A stretch of DNA of 64,000 nt from Octopus vulgaris (GCA_951406725.2 OX597839.1:26598001-26662000), one strand, 5' to 3'. Counted from the first letter of the stretch, positions 14,898-29,857 are shown. Notes: a model not told the origin generated them from the sequence alone. Program-made: numbers and translations.

Positions 14898-15129
14898 TAT
14901 ATATATAAAATTAATTAAGGGTAGAAACTGATATTAGTCAATTAAAACCAGTGGTCTAGCATATTAAAAAGAATCCGAAGATTAAAATATTTATATATAC
15001 CAATTAAGGACTTGTGCTTAAATTTTTTGTGCTGAGTTATATTTGAGAACATAATCTTTGTGGAGAATGGCGATTTGACGTCTATATCTAGCATGTTGAC
15101 TGTCCACTTTTCGCGTTCAGTCCTTAATT

Positions 15130-15189
<60 letters not shown>

Positions 15190-16136
15190 GTAAAGCGAAA
15201 ACGACGTTTGTGACTCCTCAGAAACAGGCAATTCACGAAACTATAGAACCCTCCAGTTACTCTGTAACTTGTGCTAATTATAAACTACATACATGTGTGT
15301 GTGTGTGTGTGTGTGTGTATTTTCAGGCGAGTATTGAGGTCAGACAAATATGAGAATCCAAAAATATAAACAGAATATAAATGTAGACAGAATATGCTAA
15401 TAAAAATGTTGATCTCATCTTACACACGAAACACTGCGAGGACAAAATTATATCCTTTTTGTTTGTGTAGTAAAATAAAAATAGTAAAAATTTCTCAAAC
15501 TGGATCAGAAATGACAGATGTTGGCTAAATGCTAGAGGAGGTTGTACATGGCCTCCGAGACGTGCTAGAGATAACAGCAAAACCTCACTCGAATCATACA
15601 CTACCGTGTTAAAATACGTTGGATAATATAACCAGAGATATATATATTCTATTTGGAAATAATGATAATATTAATAAGAAAATGATGAAGGTCACGGCTG
15701 GAAAGCCGTCAATTACAAGTTTCCTCGCTCAAGTATAAACGTGATGCTATATAAATTCTCGACATCAATATTATCCAGTTCTTCAGTTCCAGAGTTTATC
15801 ACAAAGAAAGGCCATTTTTATTTTGTATGTTCTCCATTAACCATGTATGTTCAAATGCATGCTAGGTGGGTTTATTTCTTTAAAAGGCATCTGCAATAGA
15901 AAGGAGAGAAGCCTGGTTCGTCTCGAAACCAGTGAAAACAAAGCAAATATAAGCCCATTTGCTCCTGTCGATGTCTGACTGAATTCCTTATAAACAAGAA
16001 TTGGTCATACGGAATTATAAAAGACAGCGGAAACTAACATTGGGTGGGTGTGTGAAAGCGTGCGCGTGTGGGTGTATATGTAGATAGATAGATATGTGTG
16101 TGCGTATTCGTACAAAGAATGTGTGTGTTGCTTCTG

Positions 16137-16179
<43 letters not shown>

Positions 16180-16437
16180 CTTAGTTTACGGTGCCATTAT
16201 AGGTAGGATCAATGAAATATACTCCGTCCAGTGAGAGATAATAAATATAATTTAATATACACAATTTAGAAAACAACCACAAATAGTTTCATGCTTTAGA
16301 GAGCCAATAAATTGGCAAATCTATATACATACACTCACACACACACATATATATATACATTATAGATACATATATATATATATATATACATACACATATA
16401 TACATACATGTATACATACATACACATATACATACGT

Positions 16438-16477
<40 letters not shown>

Positions 16478-16899
16478 ATACATATATATATATACATACA
16501 CATATATATATACACACATATACATACACATACATATATATATATACACACACATACATACACATACACATATACATACACACACATATACATATATATA
16601 AATATATATATATAAATTCTTTTTACAAGTACGCACTGACAGTCCGGTAAAGGTTAAAAAGGCCGCAACTTCGAAGTCACAGTCATCGTTCTTGTTAAAG
16701 AATAAATATGTACTCTACACAAAGTACTGAAAGAAGTCAGTCTTTCAGCTTAATGTAAAATAATGTAAAACTGTTTTTTATTATGACTCGACATCACAAA
16801 CATTAAATCCATGTGCACACACACATATATATATATATACATATTTATATATATATATATATATATATACGTTTGTGTGTGTGTGTGTGTTTATATAGG

Positions 16900-18520
16900 A
16901 AAAGGCCTTCTTGAAGCGTTATGAAAGGAGATTCGAGGTTCCAAAACCAAAACACACTGAATCGGGATCAATGATAAAGTCGAGGAAGCTCACCCCATTA
17001 TGGAAACTAGAGAAAGAAATTCTCGCGAAAAATCGCAAAACGAAACATCGATTTTTCCTCCTCCACCCCTTCCTTCGCCCCCTCCTCCTCCTCTTGGTTT
17101 CTCTTTCTCTTTCTCTTTTTTTTTACTCTTCGAGAAAATTGCCAGAACAAAACATAAACAAACAACACTGCAGAGAGAAGAGTTGAAACAAGAACACAGT
17201 AATAATGCCATTAGACGGGAATGGTTGCGGATGGTGGCAGCGGATGGTGGAGATGGCAAACGAATGGGAAAGGAAACAGACACACACGATGAGATTAAAA
17301 AACTATTAAAAAAAAAAGAAGAAAAATTTAAAGAAAAAAAAAAGGGAGTGCGGTGGGGGGGTAAATAAGGGAGACGAACGGGTGGGTGGGAGGTGATTTC
17401 GTTTTCATTTTTCTTTTATATAGCAGCAGTATTTAATAATTATTTCTGAAGAAGAACAACAACAACAAGAACAACAACGGAGTCTGTTCAGTTAGTAGTA
17501 AGCAGGTAAGATCTTTTTAGTACATATGTACCGAGACGACGAATGTTACAAGTTGAAAAATTAAAAGCTGATGGTAATAACAACAACAACAATAATAATA
17601 ACAATAATAATAATAACAATAATAATAACAATAATAATAATAATAATAATGATAATAATAATAGCAGCCACGAAAATAAACTCCATGATGGGAGGGAGAG
17701 AGAGAGAGAGAGACTGAGAGAGGTGTGTGTGTATTTTTAACATAGAGAGAGAGGTGTGTGTGTGTGTGTATTTATTTATACATAACTAAACGAGCAAGCT
17801 GTTTATAGATATATTATATCTTTGCCTGATCTATATCGGTGGTGGTTATTTCATTGATGATGATGATGATGATGACGACGACGACGACGACAGCTCATTC
17901 ACATGCGCACGCGCGCACCTAGCTAGTTTTTGGGTGTTCTTTCGAGAGAAAAAAAAATGAAAAAAAATAAAAAAATAAAAACCCAAGAAAAACAAGCAAC
18001 AGAAAAAAAAAACAGAAATTAAATCTTTTCAAACCAAAAAATTTACTCATGTGAATAACAGCAACAACAACATTATTATTATTTTTTTTCGGCTTTTTTT
18101 TGTTCTTTTTTTTTTGTGTTAGTAACTTGTAGAACGACAAGGTGAGATAGATATATAAAGATTACCTGTAATTAAAGCATAGATTAAGAAGAGTTAACTA
18201 AGTATATATACACACATATATATATATACATTATATATATACATACATGCACGGTTGACCCAGGTGGGGTAGTTAGGTAAGTAAAATAATCCCTGTCGGC
18301 GGAACTTATTAAAAACAGTCAAGGAAAGCCAGTACTACTATTAATACTACTGCTGCTGCTAGTACAACTACTACTACTGCTACTACTACTACTACTACTA
18401 CTATTACTACTGCTTAGTCAAAGCGACTTGGCAACATTTATCGAATTGGTTGGCAACGAAAAACGAGATTACGGTCGGGTGGGAGAGCGGGAGGTTTGTA
18501 TGCGCGCGTGCGTGCGTGTG
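16900..18520. promoter_or_regulatory. CpG-enriched, TE-free promoter-like region
   Basis: NRF1-type TGCGCACGCGCG at ~17904-17915. Donors CAG|GTAAGA (~17505, +), AAG|GTGAGA (~18141, +) and GGG|GTGAGC (~16993, -). No SINE insertions. Confidence 0.35.
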
Positions 18521-18576
18521 TGTGTGTGTGGAGAGACTATGTGTGTTAATGGGAAAGAAAATAGGGTTGGTCAAAA

Positions 18577-18621
<45 letters not shown>

Positions 18622-18804
18622 ACTAATTATATATGTATCTACATGTGTATGTGGATATATTATATTATATACACACACACATAAGTAAATGATATGTTGC
18701 ATGTGAATACGCATTGATATGTGTGTGTGTGTGTATATATATATATGTATCTACATATACATGACTATATATATATATATAAATAGAATATATACATAAA
18801 AGAT

Positions 18805-18845
<41 letters not shown>

Positions 18846-19080
18846 ATATACATAAATATATATATAGAATATATACATAAAAGATATATATATATATATA
18901 TAGAATATATAAATAAAAGATATATATATATATACTGTATATAGAATATATAAATAAAAGATATATATACATATAAAAGATATATATATATATATATATT
19001 ACACACACGTGATAATGCTGCAAGTGAATATGTCTAGATGCATGTGTGTATGGGCGCATATTGTGTGTAGATCTGTAAGA

Positions 19081-19126
<46 letters not shown>

Positions 19127-20474
19127 GCACATACATGTGCCAGAATATTGTGTGTAGGAACATGTATACACAGATGCATGTGTATCTCTGTGTTTATGTA
19201 TGCATGCATGTATGTATAAGATGTATACTGCATTACACAAGCACCTTTTAAAGAGAAAAATGCGGTGCCTGGTGCACTCTTGCGCCACTTTCCTGCACCC
19301 ACCACACCTTCTCTCACCCACAGCCAAAATAAAAAGGAAAGAAAGCCCCCTCACCTACCTACCTACCCTATTCTCTTTCTCCTTGAACTAATCCCCGCTT
19401 CTATACCCATTTGTTCCCAGCCTGTTAAATATTTACTGCCACCCCTCCACCCCCGACCCGTAACAGCTCCCAAGTCAAACCTCAACACCATTTCAGCCCC
19501 ACCACCATCACCCCTTCTCTGTACAACCTTCAAGATACCCCAAGCCTTAGGAAGGGGACATATAAAAGTCATACTTAATACTACCCTTCCCCTTATCAGA
19601 CTAACTAAGAGGGAGTTTCTCCCCTAAGCACATATTTTTCTCAAGGAGAAAGCAACCAAGGACTTGCCTGGTTGGCACAAGTTGGATTCCCAAGTGAAAA
19701 AGTGAAACAGACCATGGTGAGTTTCTACTCAAAAATGTGAATGGACCCAGCTAATAACAGCACTATATACTCTTTTACTTGTGTCAGTCATTTGACTACG
19801 GCCATGCTGGAGCACCACCTTTAGTCAAGCAAATCGACCCCGGGACTTATTCTTTGTAAGCCCAGTACTTATTCTATCAGCCTCTTTTGCCGAACCGCTA
19901 GGTGACAGGGACATAAACACACCACCATCGGTTGTCAAGCAATGCTAGGGGGACAAACACAAAGATATACACACACAAACATATATATATATATATATAT
20001 ACACATACATATATACGACAGGCTTCTTTCAGTTTCCTTCTACCAAATCCACTCACAAGGCATTGGTCGGCCCGGGGCTATAGCAGAAGACACTTGCCCA
20101 AGATGCCACGCAGTAGGACTGAACCCGGAGCAATGTGGTTGGTTAGCAAGCTACTTACCACACAGCCACTCCTGTGCCTATATATATATATACATATAAA
20201 TATATACAGCTTTTATCCTTTCTGTTATCTATCGTTTCAGTCATTTGACTGTGGCCATGCTGTGGCAGCGCCTTGGAGAATTTCTAGGTGCAGGAGCAGC
20301 TGTGTGGTAGCTTGGGCAAGTGACTTCTTACTGTAAACTAGGGCTGACCAAAGCCTTCCGAGTGGATTTGGTAGATGGAAACTGAAAGAAGCCCGTCGTG
20401 TGTGTATGTGTGTGCGTATATATATATATACATACACACAAACACAGCAAAACAGGAAATTAGAAAACTTTTCA

Positions 20475-20894
20475 ATTCACCATTACACATGTTTCATTTG
20501 CCAATAGGAATTACAGTTTTCACATTTGGATGAAGTGTATATATTTAGTTAGAAATCAGGAACGGTATAGATGGTTATGGTGAGTGAAGGAAGAGCAAAT
20601 ACGATACAGAAAAGAAAAGAGACACACAGACATACACACACACATAACGGCTATGTATGCAAAATATCATGTACTGATTTAGATGGATATAAACAAGTTT
20701 ATATTTGTATATTTCTACAAATATATTTATATATTTAGTCATACATATTATTAACTAAATATACACGCTCCATCCAAATGTAAAATTTGTATTTCTGTCT
20801 GAAGAATATTTAATAAATAGCCATCTAAAGGAATTTCTTAATGTGTAAAAACCTATAATTCCTATTGGTGAATGAAACATGTGTAATGGAGAAT
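20475..20894. mobile_element. Older Penelope-like fold-back relic
   Basis: Nested imperfect inverted arms (20475-20550 vs 20752-20781 and 20843-20894). CTGAAGA (20799)...GAAACATGTGTA (20874) is a hammerhead-like core. Confidence 0.55.
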
Positions 20895-21239
20895 CATGCT
20901 GTTTTGTTATGCAATAACTCTGCAAATAATATTTCCATAATTTCAAACTTTAATAAGCACTAACCATACAGCAGCAACAGAGACTACATATTGGATTGTA
21001 ATAATGGAATATGCAGGTGTACTTCAAGAGGAAACACCTGGGATTTACCTTAGATAAGTAAAGTTTATATATATATATATAGGTGCAGGTGTGGTTTTGT
21101 GTTAAGAAGCTTGCTTCAAACCATATGATTCCGGGTTCAGTCCCACTGTGTGACACCTTGGGTGAGTGTCTTCTATAGCCTCAGGTCAACCAAAGCTGTG
21201 TGAGTGGATTTGATAGACGGAAACTGAAAGAAGCCCGTC

Positions 21240-21291
<52 letters not shown>

Positions 21292-22489
21292 GTGTGTGTG
21301 TGTCTATCTCCCCACCAACACTTGACAACCAACGGTGTATTTGCATCTCCGAAACTTAGTGGTTCAGCAAAAGGGTTCGATACAATAAGTACTAGGCTTA
21401 CAAAGAATAAGTCCTGGGGTCAATTTCTTCGACTAAAACCTTTTAAAGTGGTGCTCCATCATGGCCGCAGTCAAATGACTGAAACAAGTAAAAGAATATA
21501 TGTGTGTGTATATATATATATAAAGTGTGCTGGGTGCTTTTTACATACCACGGTAAACACATCTGTGCTGGTGGCATGTAAAAACACCCAGGACAATCTG
21601 TTAAGTGGTTGGCATTAGGAAGGGCCTCCAGCCATAGAAACCATGCTACAACAGATAATTGGAGCCTGGACAACTCTTAGCTCCATGTCAAACCATCCAA
21701 CCCATGCCCAGCATCGAAAGCAGACATTAAACAATAAGGATGATGATTATATACACACACATACATAACAGGCTTCTTTGAGCTTCTGTCTATCAAACCT
21801 ACTCACAAGGTTTTGATTGGCCAGAGGCTATAATAGAAGACACTTGCTCAAGGTGTTATGCAGTGGGATTGAACTTGGAACCATGTGGCTGGGATAACTT
21901 TTTAAACAGGTTTGTATGTCCTTGGGTGCTGTAAATTTGCTATAAAAACAATGTAAGGATATGCATATGCACGCATACAAATATTTGCATATGGATTGCT
22001 GTGTGTATGTATATTTACACACACACACACATATATATATATATAAAGTTAATCCAAACAAGAAAGCACAAAAAAACACAACGTGAGGACGTGGAACAAA
22101 TATAGTATTATTGGACGCTCCGGAAAGAAGGAGGGTTTAACGTTTCGAACGGAGCTCTTCGTCGGAAACATAGGAGAAGGAAAGATCCAGAGAAGGGAAG
22201 ACAGAGGAAAAAAAAAATCGCCAACGGTACACACAAGGTCACATTTTGTATATATATATATATATATACACACATACATATATATACACACATATATATA
22301 TACACATACATATGCATACATCATCAACTTAAGATTCATTTTTCCATGTTTGCATGGATTGGACAGCGTTTTGTTAACACAGATTTTCTACAGCTGGATG
22401 CTGTCTCTGTTGCTAACCTTCACCTGGTAATATTTCTCCATCACCAAATGTGCATATACACATACACAAACACGTAACACAGATAGGCA

Positions 22490-25400
22490 TGCACGCTTGT
22501 TTACTGATGAGGTTGCTGATCAAATCCAACGGTACCCAACACCATCATCTGTGGATCTTTTGATTACTGCACATCCAAATCTTTCTAAGTGCAGCTTCAT
22601 TCATAGAAAAAATATGCAAACGGCTGTCAACAGAGACCATTTATTTCTCTTTTCTGCCTCTCCACATTTTCAACAGTGAGTGGCAGGTAAGCGATGATGT
22701 CTTGTTATCTTGAAGGGTTAGTCTTTTTAACTGCTACTTTGTTTCCATGGCCCAGTATTGAAGCAAAAAGATTTTGTGCATACGACAGTATTTCATAGCA
22801 TATTGGACGAATTTTACCCCCAAAAAATTTGGCCTCCCATAAGCTTTAACCCTTTCGTTACTGTATTTATTTTGAGATGCTCTGTGTTTCTTTCAATTAC
22901 TTTAAATATAACAAAACATTTAGTAAAATAACTTAGTTACCATGAAGCTAGTGTTAGGAACAAAAATTGTGATTAAGGTTTGGTGGAAGATTTTAATTCA
23001 AAACTTTTGAAAACAAGACATTTGTACAACAGAGCCAGAGCCGGTTTCAGCCAGGTTGGTATCGAAAGGGTTAATGCACTAAAACCTTTTCCTGAATAAT
23101 GCACTGCTGAAATAAGGGTGCATCTAATGTGTCCACGTGACTTTTATGCTATCAGATATGGTACAAATTGAAGCCAACTCAGCTCATGTTTGTATCAAGG
23201 AGGTTCAACAAAGTATTGTCTCTTTTTCACTATCAGAAAACTGAAAAGATCTTCTGAAGACACCATACGCTCAGGCCTTTGGGAACTCACTGTCATGGCA
23301 GCACCTGGTTCATATGTTGCCCCTGTACAGGAAAACCCAGAATGTCAGGCAGAGTATTTGGCAAAGAAAATGACATAATTGTCTTGAAGTACCATGTCCA
23401 ATCATTCGAAATGCTGCCACCTAGCTGCCTGAATTGGAAAGAATGTGACACATTGTTGCCGGTGTACAGAGGACAGAGGAGAGGAAACAAGACAATCCAA
23501 TGGGTTACTGATGGATGGCCACAGTTTTCTAAAATTCTCTGTCACGTTCATTCTTTTATAAGGTATAATGAGTGCACAAGATGATGGCTCATAGAGCATT
23601 CAGAGTGTTCTTTACTAATGTACAGTATACATTATACTATAATTCTATGATCTTGTTCAGCATCAGCTTCCATGGCAACCCACAGCCTTCAGACGTTGAA
23701 AAGGTTCCTGTGAAATCAGAAATTAATAATTATTCCTACCTCCTTTCTATCCTTAAGCATAAAACAGTGGTTACACACATGGGAAAGATATTAAACAGTA
23801 CAGGAGCCAGCACGCAGCTTTACCTAACCCCTGTTTGTACAGATTGCTGCTCTGAAACAACAACTTCATACAAAATCCCTGACTGGAAATGGTGGAGAAT
23901 AGTCACAAATTTTGGTAGGGTCAAAAACCTTTAACCCTTTAGCATTTAAACTGGCCATATCCAGCCAAAAGTATTCTGCCTGTTTTATGTTCAAACTGGC
24001 CACATCTGGTCTCTCACACCAACCCTACAATATTGTTTAAAAAATTAACAGCTACCTCATCAAAATCTCAAAGCTACAAGATAAGGCATGATTAGTTCAA
24101 AACAATGTGGATAAAAAAGGATTAATTTTGGGAGAATAATGCGAACACTAAAGGGTTAAAAGATCCACAAATGTAATGAACAGGGTTAGATGTTGCTCCC
24201 TGCTTTTCCCCTGAAACTGCCATGCAATGAAGATCGACTTGGCTGTCTCTTACTTTCTTCTATGGCCATTGCACTATCACAGTGGCAATGTTTTCTGCAA
24301 TTAATTGAACCATACCAGCAGTGGACAAGCATGCTATAGACTTATAACTGGAGCAAGTAGATTTTTGTAGATGGCAAAGATGATAACATCCTTTTAATGC
24401 TGAGGTATCTACTTCTCTGCAGGGGTAACTATTCTTCTTCAGCATCTCTGCAGGAACATTATACCTTGCAGAATTCCTGTTTTGACAGCAATAACTTAAA
24501 GAAAGGTCTGTACCAAACTAAGGTGGTGTATAAGGAACATTTCACAAAATTACTCTATAATGAGTGTGTTTGGCAGTTTAGGATCTAGCTGAAATGTTCT
24601 GTACAGCACTCTGCATGATTGGTGCCATGAAATAATCATTGGAACCAATCACCAAAATAATTGGTGCATATGATGCATGTCTGCATGCATCAAGATTCCT
24701 TGATGTTCCTGCAACATACCATTGGTTTTTCAAAGCACAAAGGGTGGCTTGAGATCTACAATTTACCACTGTGTTTTAGGGTGTGGTAAAAGATTGCTAG
24801 GAGTTGTGGGTATCATATTCTGTTATTTGTGTTGGTGTCTTTATCAAACCAGCCTTGAAGATATCTTCCCTCTTGAATCAAACTGTTTTGGCAGCATCAT
24901 GAGAAGCGGAGAACTTAAGAAGGACCATTCGTCATCTGTGTAAGCTCCTGAAGTCATAAAGCTTTTAGTTTGAGAGCTACAAAGTGGAAGTCCTTACACA
25001 TATTAGGGCTGTCATCCTTGGAGCAACTGAACCTTAAGGGTTACACTCACAAATTGACCTTTGTTAATATCCTGTGATGCTCAGTCCAACACTCATCTCC
25101 CATCTTTGCACCAATGAGCAGATTCTGTGGTTACTGTTCTGATGAAGGATGGTATTAGTAATGGTGAGACCAATCACCACAAACAGAGAATGAAGACTGT
25201 TGCCATTACCGTTAGCTTTTCCAACGCTGTAATTCCCAGATTCTTTGATTAATGAATGATATCTCCTTACTCCAAAGAGAAATCAGTCGGATCCAATTTT
25301 TGGTAGAAGCAGTCTTTGTCATGACTACAGATAGCAGAACTGGCACAGAGGGCCTCAGTAATGTGATGATGTACTGTCTTTCTGCAACAATCAATACAAA

Positions 25401-25960
25401 GCTATGTTAGACACTAATGTTAACCAATGTCTCAGTCAGTTTAGACAGAATACAGTTCCTCACAGCAAACCTGATACCACACTGGAGATGTGTTGTCATG
25501 GAGTGACCCTTCCATAAGACAGTATAGCCTTCACCAAGCTCAATAAGAGAACTGTCTCTCAAAAGCCTAGTGCAGCAACCTCTATACAGCCAAATCTCAT
25601 TGGCTAAGAAAGTTGTTCATTCATGCTGGCTGTATATTCCTGCGACAAGCTGGAGTAGTATTATGTTTAGTCTTCTGTTGGCCATTATCTATGGAATATA
25701 ATAATGACTGGTGATATTTCCTGTTCAGAAAATAAACGAACAATTTTTTTAGGTCACTTTTCAAGGTCCTTCATTAGCTGAAATGAACAGGGACCTTAGA
25801 AGTATTTCCAACTCAATCCCAGTTCATTACTGACCATTTCTATGTACAGTTGTTGAGTCAAGATCTGACTAGAAGCTTCTAGCATAGTCAGAGTGCTTTT
25901 CACATCCCCATATGGCCTAGCAAGTAGCAACAAGCTGCAAACAAGAGGGTTGCAAGCACT
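22490..25960 (-). mobile_element. Decayed near-full-length RTE-clade LINE (APE endonuclease + reverse transcriptase), interrupted by two MITEs
   Basis: Minus-strand remnants in the correct order: TRLLRDSSLIELGEGYTVLWKG...GIRFAVRN, KDCFYQKL and GNYSVGKANGNG...LTITNT (APE); CSSYKSIACLSTAG, IFIAWQFQGKSREQHLTLFITFVDL, VQTGVR*SCVLAPVLFNIF, NLFNV*RL and IIEL*YNVYCTLV (RT, decayed YADD). Many stops and frameshifts. Confidence 0.9.
22850..23070. mobile_element. piggyBac-like MITE family 2, inserted in the RTE LINE; also at 38271-38492 and ~38590-38700, with relics at ~59500-59720
   Basis: TTAA|CCCTTTCGTTAC...GTATCGAAAGGG|TTAA. Confidence 0.85.
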
Positions 25961-26072
25961 ACTGCATTAGATGCATCACATCATCCATACACACATTCTA
26001 CGTAAGTTAAGAAACAATAACAAGTGAAAATTTTGCAAATATGATTGCAAGCTTTTACTGTATGTATGTATG

Positions 26073-26105
<33 letters not shown>

Positions 26106-26142
26106 GTATCAACTAGAGAAAATAGTCCAATTTTAGAGTATA

Positions 26143-26535
26143 CTAGCAGTATCGCCCGGCGTTGCTCAGGTTTGTTTTGACCCTTTAGAATTGGAATTTT
26201 TGAAAAGTAAAAATTTTGCATTATGTAGCTTGTTATTCTCTTTAAGTGAACATTTTTCTGGTTGAAATACACCGAAAAATGGCGACACAGCAGTAAAAAA
26301 TCGTAAAAAATAGGGATTTTCATAGAAAAAAAGCACCTTTTTGATGTAAATAATTTTTGGTGTTAACATGGTCCGATTTGAATTTTTTCTTCTATGGAAG
26401 GAAGAGCAAGCCTTCTTCTATCATACTCTCAATTTTGGTCAAGTTGCGCTGCAGGGTCTTGGGGGAGATAGTGTTAGTTGAAAGCTACCAAACCTGCCAT
26501 ACACAGACAACTTCAGCTTTATATATATAGAGAGA
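26143..26535 (-). mobile_element. Non-autonomous Helitron
   Basis: Same architecture: TCTATATATATAAAGC start and CCTGAGCAACGCCGGG hairpin before the terminal CTAG. Confidence 0.72.
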
Positions 26536-28461
26536 TATATAAACCCTCAATGGAAAAAAAAATGGGTATTAGTACATGTGAGAACTGAACCAACACTTTT
26601 TTATATTTTCATGGTAAGTATGCTGACTGATCACACCAACAGACCCACAAGTTTCCTTCCCATTAAATTTAAGGCCTATGATTTCATAGCAGTAAGTGTG
26701 TATTCTGTGTAAGTTAAGAAATGGTGACAAGTGAAAAATTTGTGAATATGATTGTATGTCTCCACTGTCTCAAAGCATACACACGTGTATACACAAACAT
26801 ACATGTACAAAAGTTTGTTTTATATATTCCAGAATATATTGATTTAGTCTGGAGATGACAGAAATTTCTTATTTCCAGATACAAGTACACGATGCCTCTG
26901 CGACAGCAAAGTTTGTATTCAATTCGAGCAGCGTACAAGTTGATAGGAAGACGTTACCACGTTGACAAGTATCGGAATTCTTCGAGATGAAAGCTATGCT
27001 AAATAATTACGCTACATACATGAAACAGAATTATGTATGTAACATAATGATTTAGCTTAGCTTTCATCTTGTAAACTTTTAATTCCACTGCTTGTCATCA
27101 CTGGTGAGGAGGAGACAACAGTGAAGAGTACAAAGAGGTACACATTGATTGATGAGGAAACAGAAGAGATTTCAACATTTCAGACAGTGGCCCTGTCTTG
27201 GGAACATTAGAGAAGGAAAAACGAAATGCAAGTGGAGATGGAGGAAAGTATGAAGTATTTTTTCAGGCTGAAGAGTGAGAGCAAGACAAGGGAAATACCT
27301 CTTATGTTGTATGTGAGTAGAGATTGTGTTATGTGTGAGTGTGAAGGCGCCTGGCTCAGTGGTTAGAGCATCAAGCTCACAATCATAAGGTAGTGGGTTT
27401 GATTCCCGGACTGGGCTGTGTTGTGTTCTTGAGCAAGACATTTCATTTCAAGTTGCTCCAGTTCATGTGTTGCCAAGCCATATTAGCCTTTGTCTTTCTC
27501 TTGGAGAGGGGACGCCGGTATGCATGGGCAACTACTGGTCCTCCATAAACAACCTTGCCCAGACTTGTGTCTCGCAGGGGAACTTTCTAGGTGGTCATTC
27601 ATGACCAAAGGGGGTTTCTACCCTTTACCTTTAGTATGAGTGAGTGTAGTTTGTCTTCTGGGAAGTAGTGGGGGTTAGTGATAATGTACTGAGCTACTGT
27701 ATGGGTAATATAAACAAGACAATAGTGAGTGTGCGTGCATTTGTGGACAGGGACCGTATGCACGTGCATCAGATGGGTAACGTATCCAATTGAAGACCTG
27801 GTAAGCGGGGGCAAAGTACATAAACTCGTTAACTCTGTGGCTTGTAGTTCTAAAAGCAGCTTGGTGATGAGTAAATCTTTGCAGAGCACACAACTAACAC
27901 AAACTAGAACAGAATATTGGATTATAAACATTTAATATATCTGGTAGAATATTATGATTGCAAAACCACACACGATGTCCCTACCAGCAATTAATATATT
28001 TCTAGATGTCTACAGCAATTAATATATTTCTAAATGTCTAATGTAATCAGCACCAAATCCCTGCAATCCATACCATGTCACTTTGGTTCTCATGGCCGCA
28101 TCTACCTACACTCTGTAATCTGTGGTGCTGTTTTACAGGACAGATCTTCTGTCCCTTGTTTCTAATATGAGCAACAATTGAATTTTCATCTAATACACAC
28201 AGTACTGAGCAAGGATTGATAAATCTCATTGCTTTGTTTTTCTGATAACACCACCTCCTCTATCAAGGCAGAGCACACAGTGATAACCCCGATTGCACTT
28301 CAACCCTGTTCATTTACACAAACACACACACAGCCTATCCATGCATGACATAACAGATACCTACTGTTATGTCTTTGACACACCTCTGCATACCAACAAA
28401 TATCTCTATTGTTCTTCACACACACACACATATATCAATACACTTAGATGTGTGTGAATAC

Positions 28462-28597
<136 letters not shown>

Positions 28598-28626
28598 TTT
28601 TATATATATATATATATATTATATAT

Positions 28627-28830
28627 AGTTAATCCAAACAAGAAAGCACAAAAAAAACACAACAGCGCGAGGACGTGGAACAAATATAGTATTATTGGAC
28701 GCTCAGGAAAGAAGGAGGGTTTAACGTTTCGAGCAGAGCTCTTCGTCGGAAACATAGGAGAAGGAAAGATCCAGAGAAGGGAAGACAGAGGAAAAAAAAT
28801 CGCTAACAGTACACACGCGGTCACCTTTTG
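28627..28830 (-). mobile_element. Penelope-like pLTR fragment with a variant hammerhead; second copy at ~22047-22248
   Basis: Two near-identical ~200-bp copies embedded in (TA)n. Minus strand reads GTTT CCGACGA A GAGC-TCT-GCTC GAAACGTT AAAC. Confidence 0.6.
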
Positions 28831-29857
28831 AATGCATATATATATATACATATATATATCATCATCATCTAACAGCCACCTTCCATGCCAGCATGGATGG
28901 GACGATTTCACAAGAGCCAGCCAGACAGAGGCCTGCACCAGACTCCTGTGACTATTTTGGCAGGACTTTTACAGATGGATGCCCTAACACCAATCATTCA
29001 GCAGAGTGGACCAGGTGCTTTTTACATGGTTGAAGCCAATGGCGATGTTATTGAATAAATTTACTCTTTAGTATGTCAAGATATTTTTTCTGTAATTTTG
29101 GTAAATATATCTTTTAAAATGAGATGTCAGTGTCATTTTCATTTTTGTGTAATTCAGATGACAGTTTATTCACTGCACCCTGTATGTGTGTATATACGTA
29201 TATATTCTTTATTCATTCATATGTTTCAGCTCTAAGGCTGTGGGCCATGCTGGAGCACCACCAGTGTAATCAATGGCCAATCTTATATGATTGACACATC
29301 TGTAAATAGACAAACATATTATATCCAGAGATGCACATTAAATATATTTCACACACAAATATTACATTACAAGAATTCACATACATTCATAAAGAGTATT
29401 TTATATATACCTGACACACATACGTGCACCTTTATATAAAATCATAAACATATCCAGTAATATATATATATAGGCGCAGGAGTGGCTGTGTGGTAAGTAG
29501 CTTGCTTACCGACCACATGGTTCTGGGTTCAGTCCCACTGCATGGCATCTTGGGCATGTGTCTTCTGCTATAGCCTCGGGCCGACCAATGCCTTGTGAGT
29601 GGATTTGGTAGACGGAGACTGAAAGAAGCCTGTCGTATATATATATATATGTGTATGTGTGTGTATATGTTTGTCCCTCTAGCATTGCTTGACAACCGAT
29701 GCTGGTGTGTTTACGTCCCCGTAACTTAGTGGTTTGGCAAAAGAGACCGGTAGAATAAGTACTGGGCTTACAAAGAATAAGTCTTGGGGTCGATTTGCTG
29801 GACTAAAGGCAGTGCTCCAGCATGGCCGCAGTCAAATGACTGAAACAAGTAAAAGAG

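Noticed and set aside
19646-19722. ACCATG|GTGAGT, a possible first coding exon on the + strand
   Set aside because: No downstream coding exons were found and the context looks repeat-derived; it cannot be supported.
23666-23679. X-box-like GCTTCCATGGCAAC
   Set aside because: It lies inside the decayed RTE RT region and is likely coincidental.
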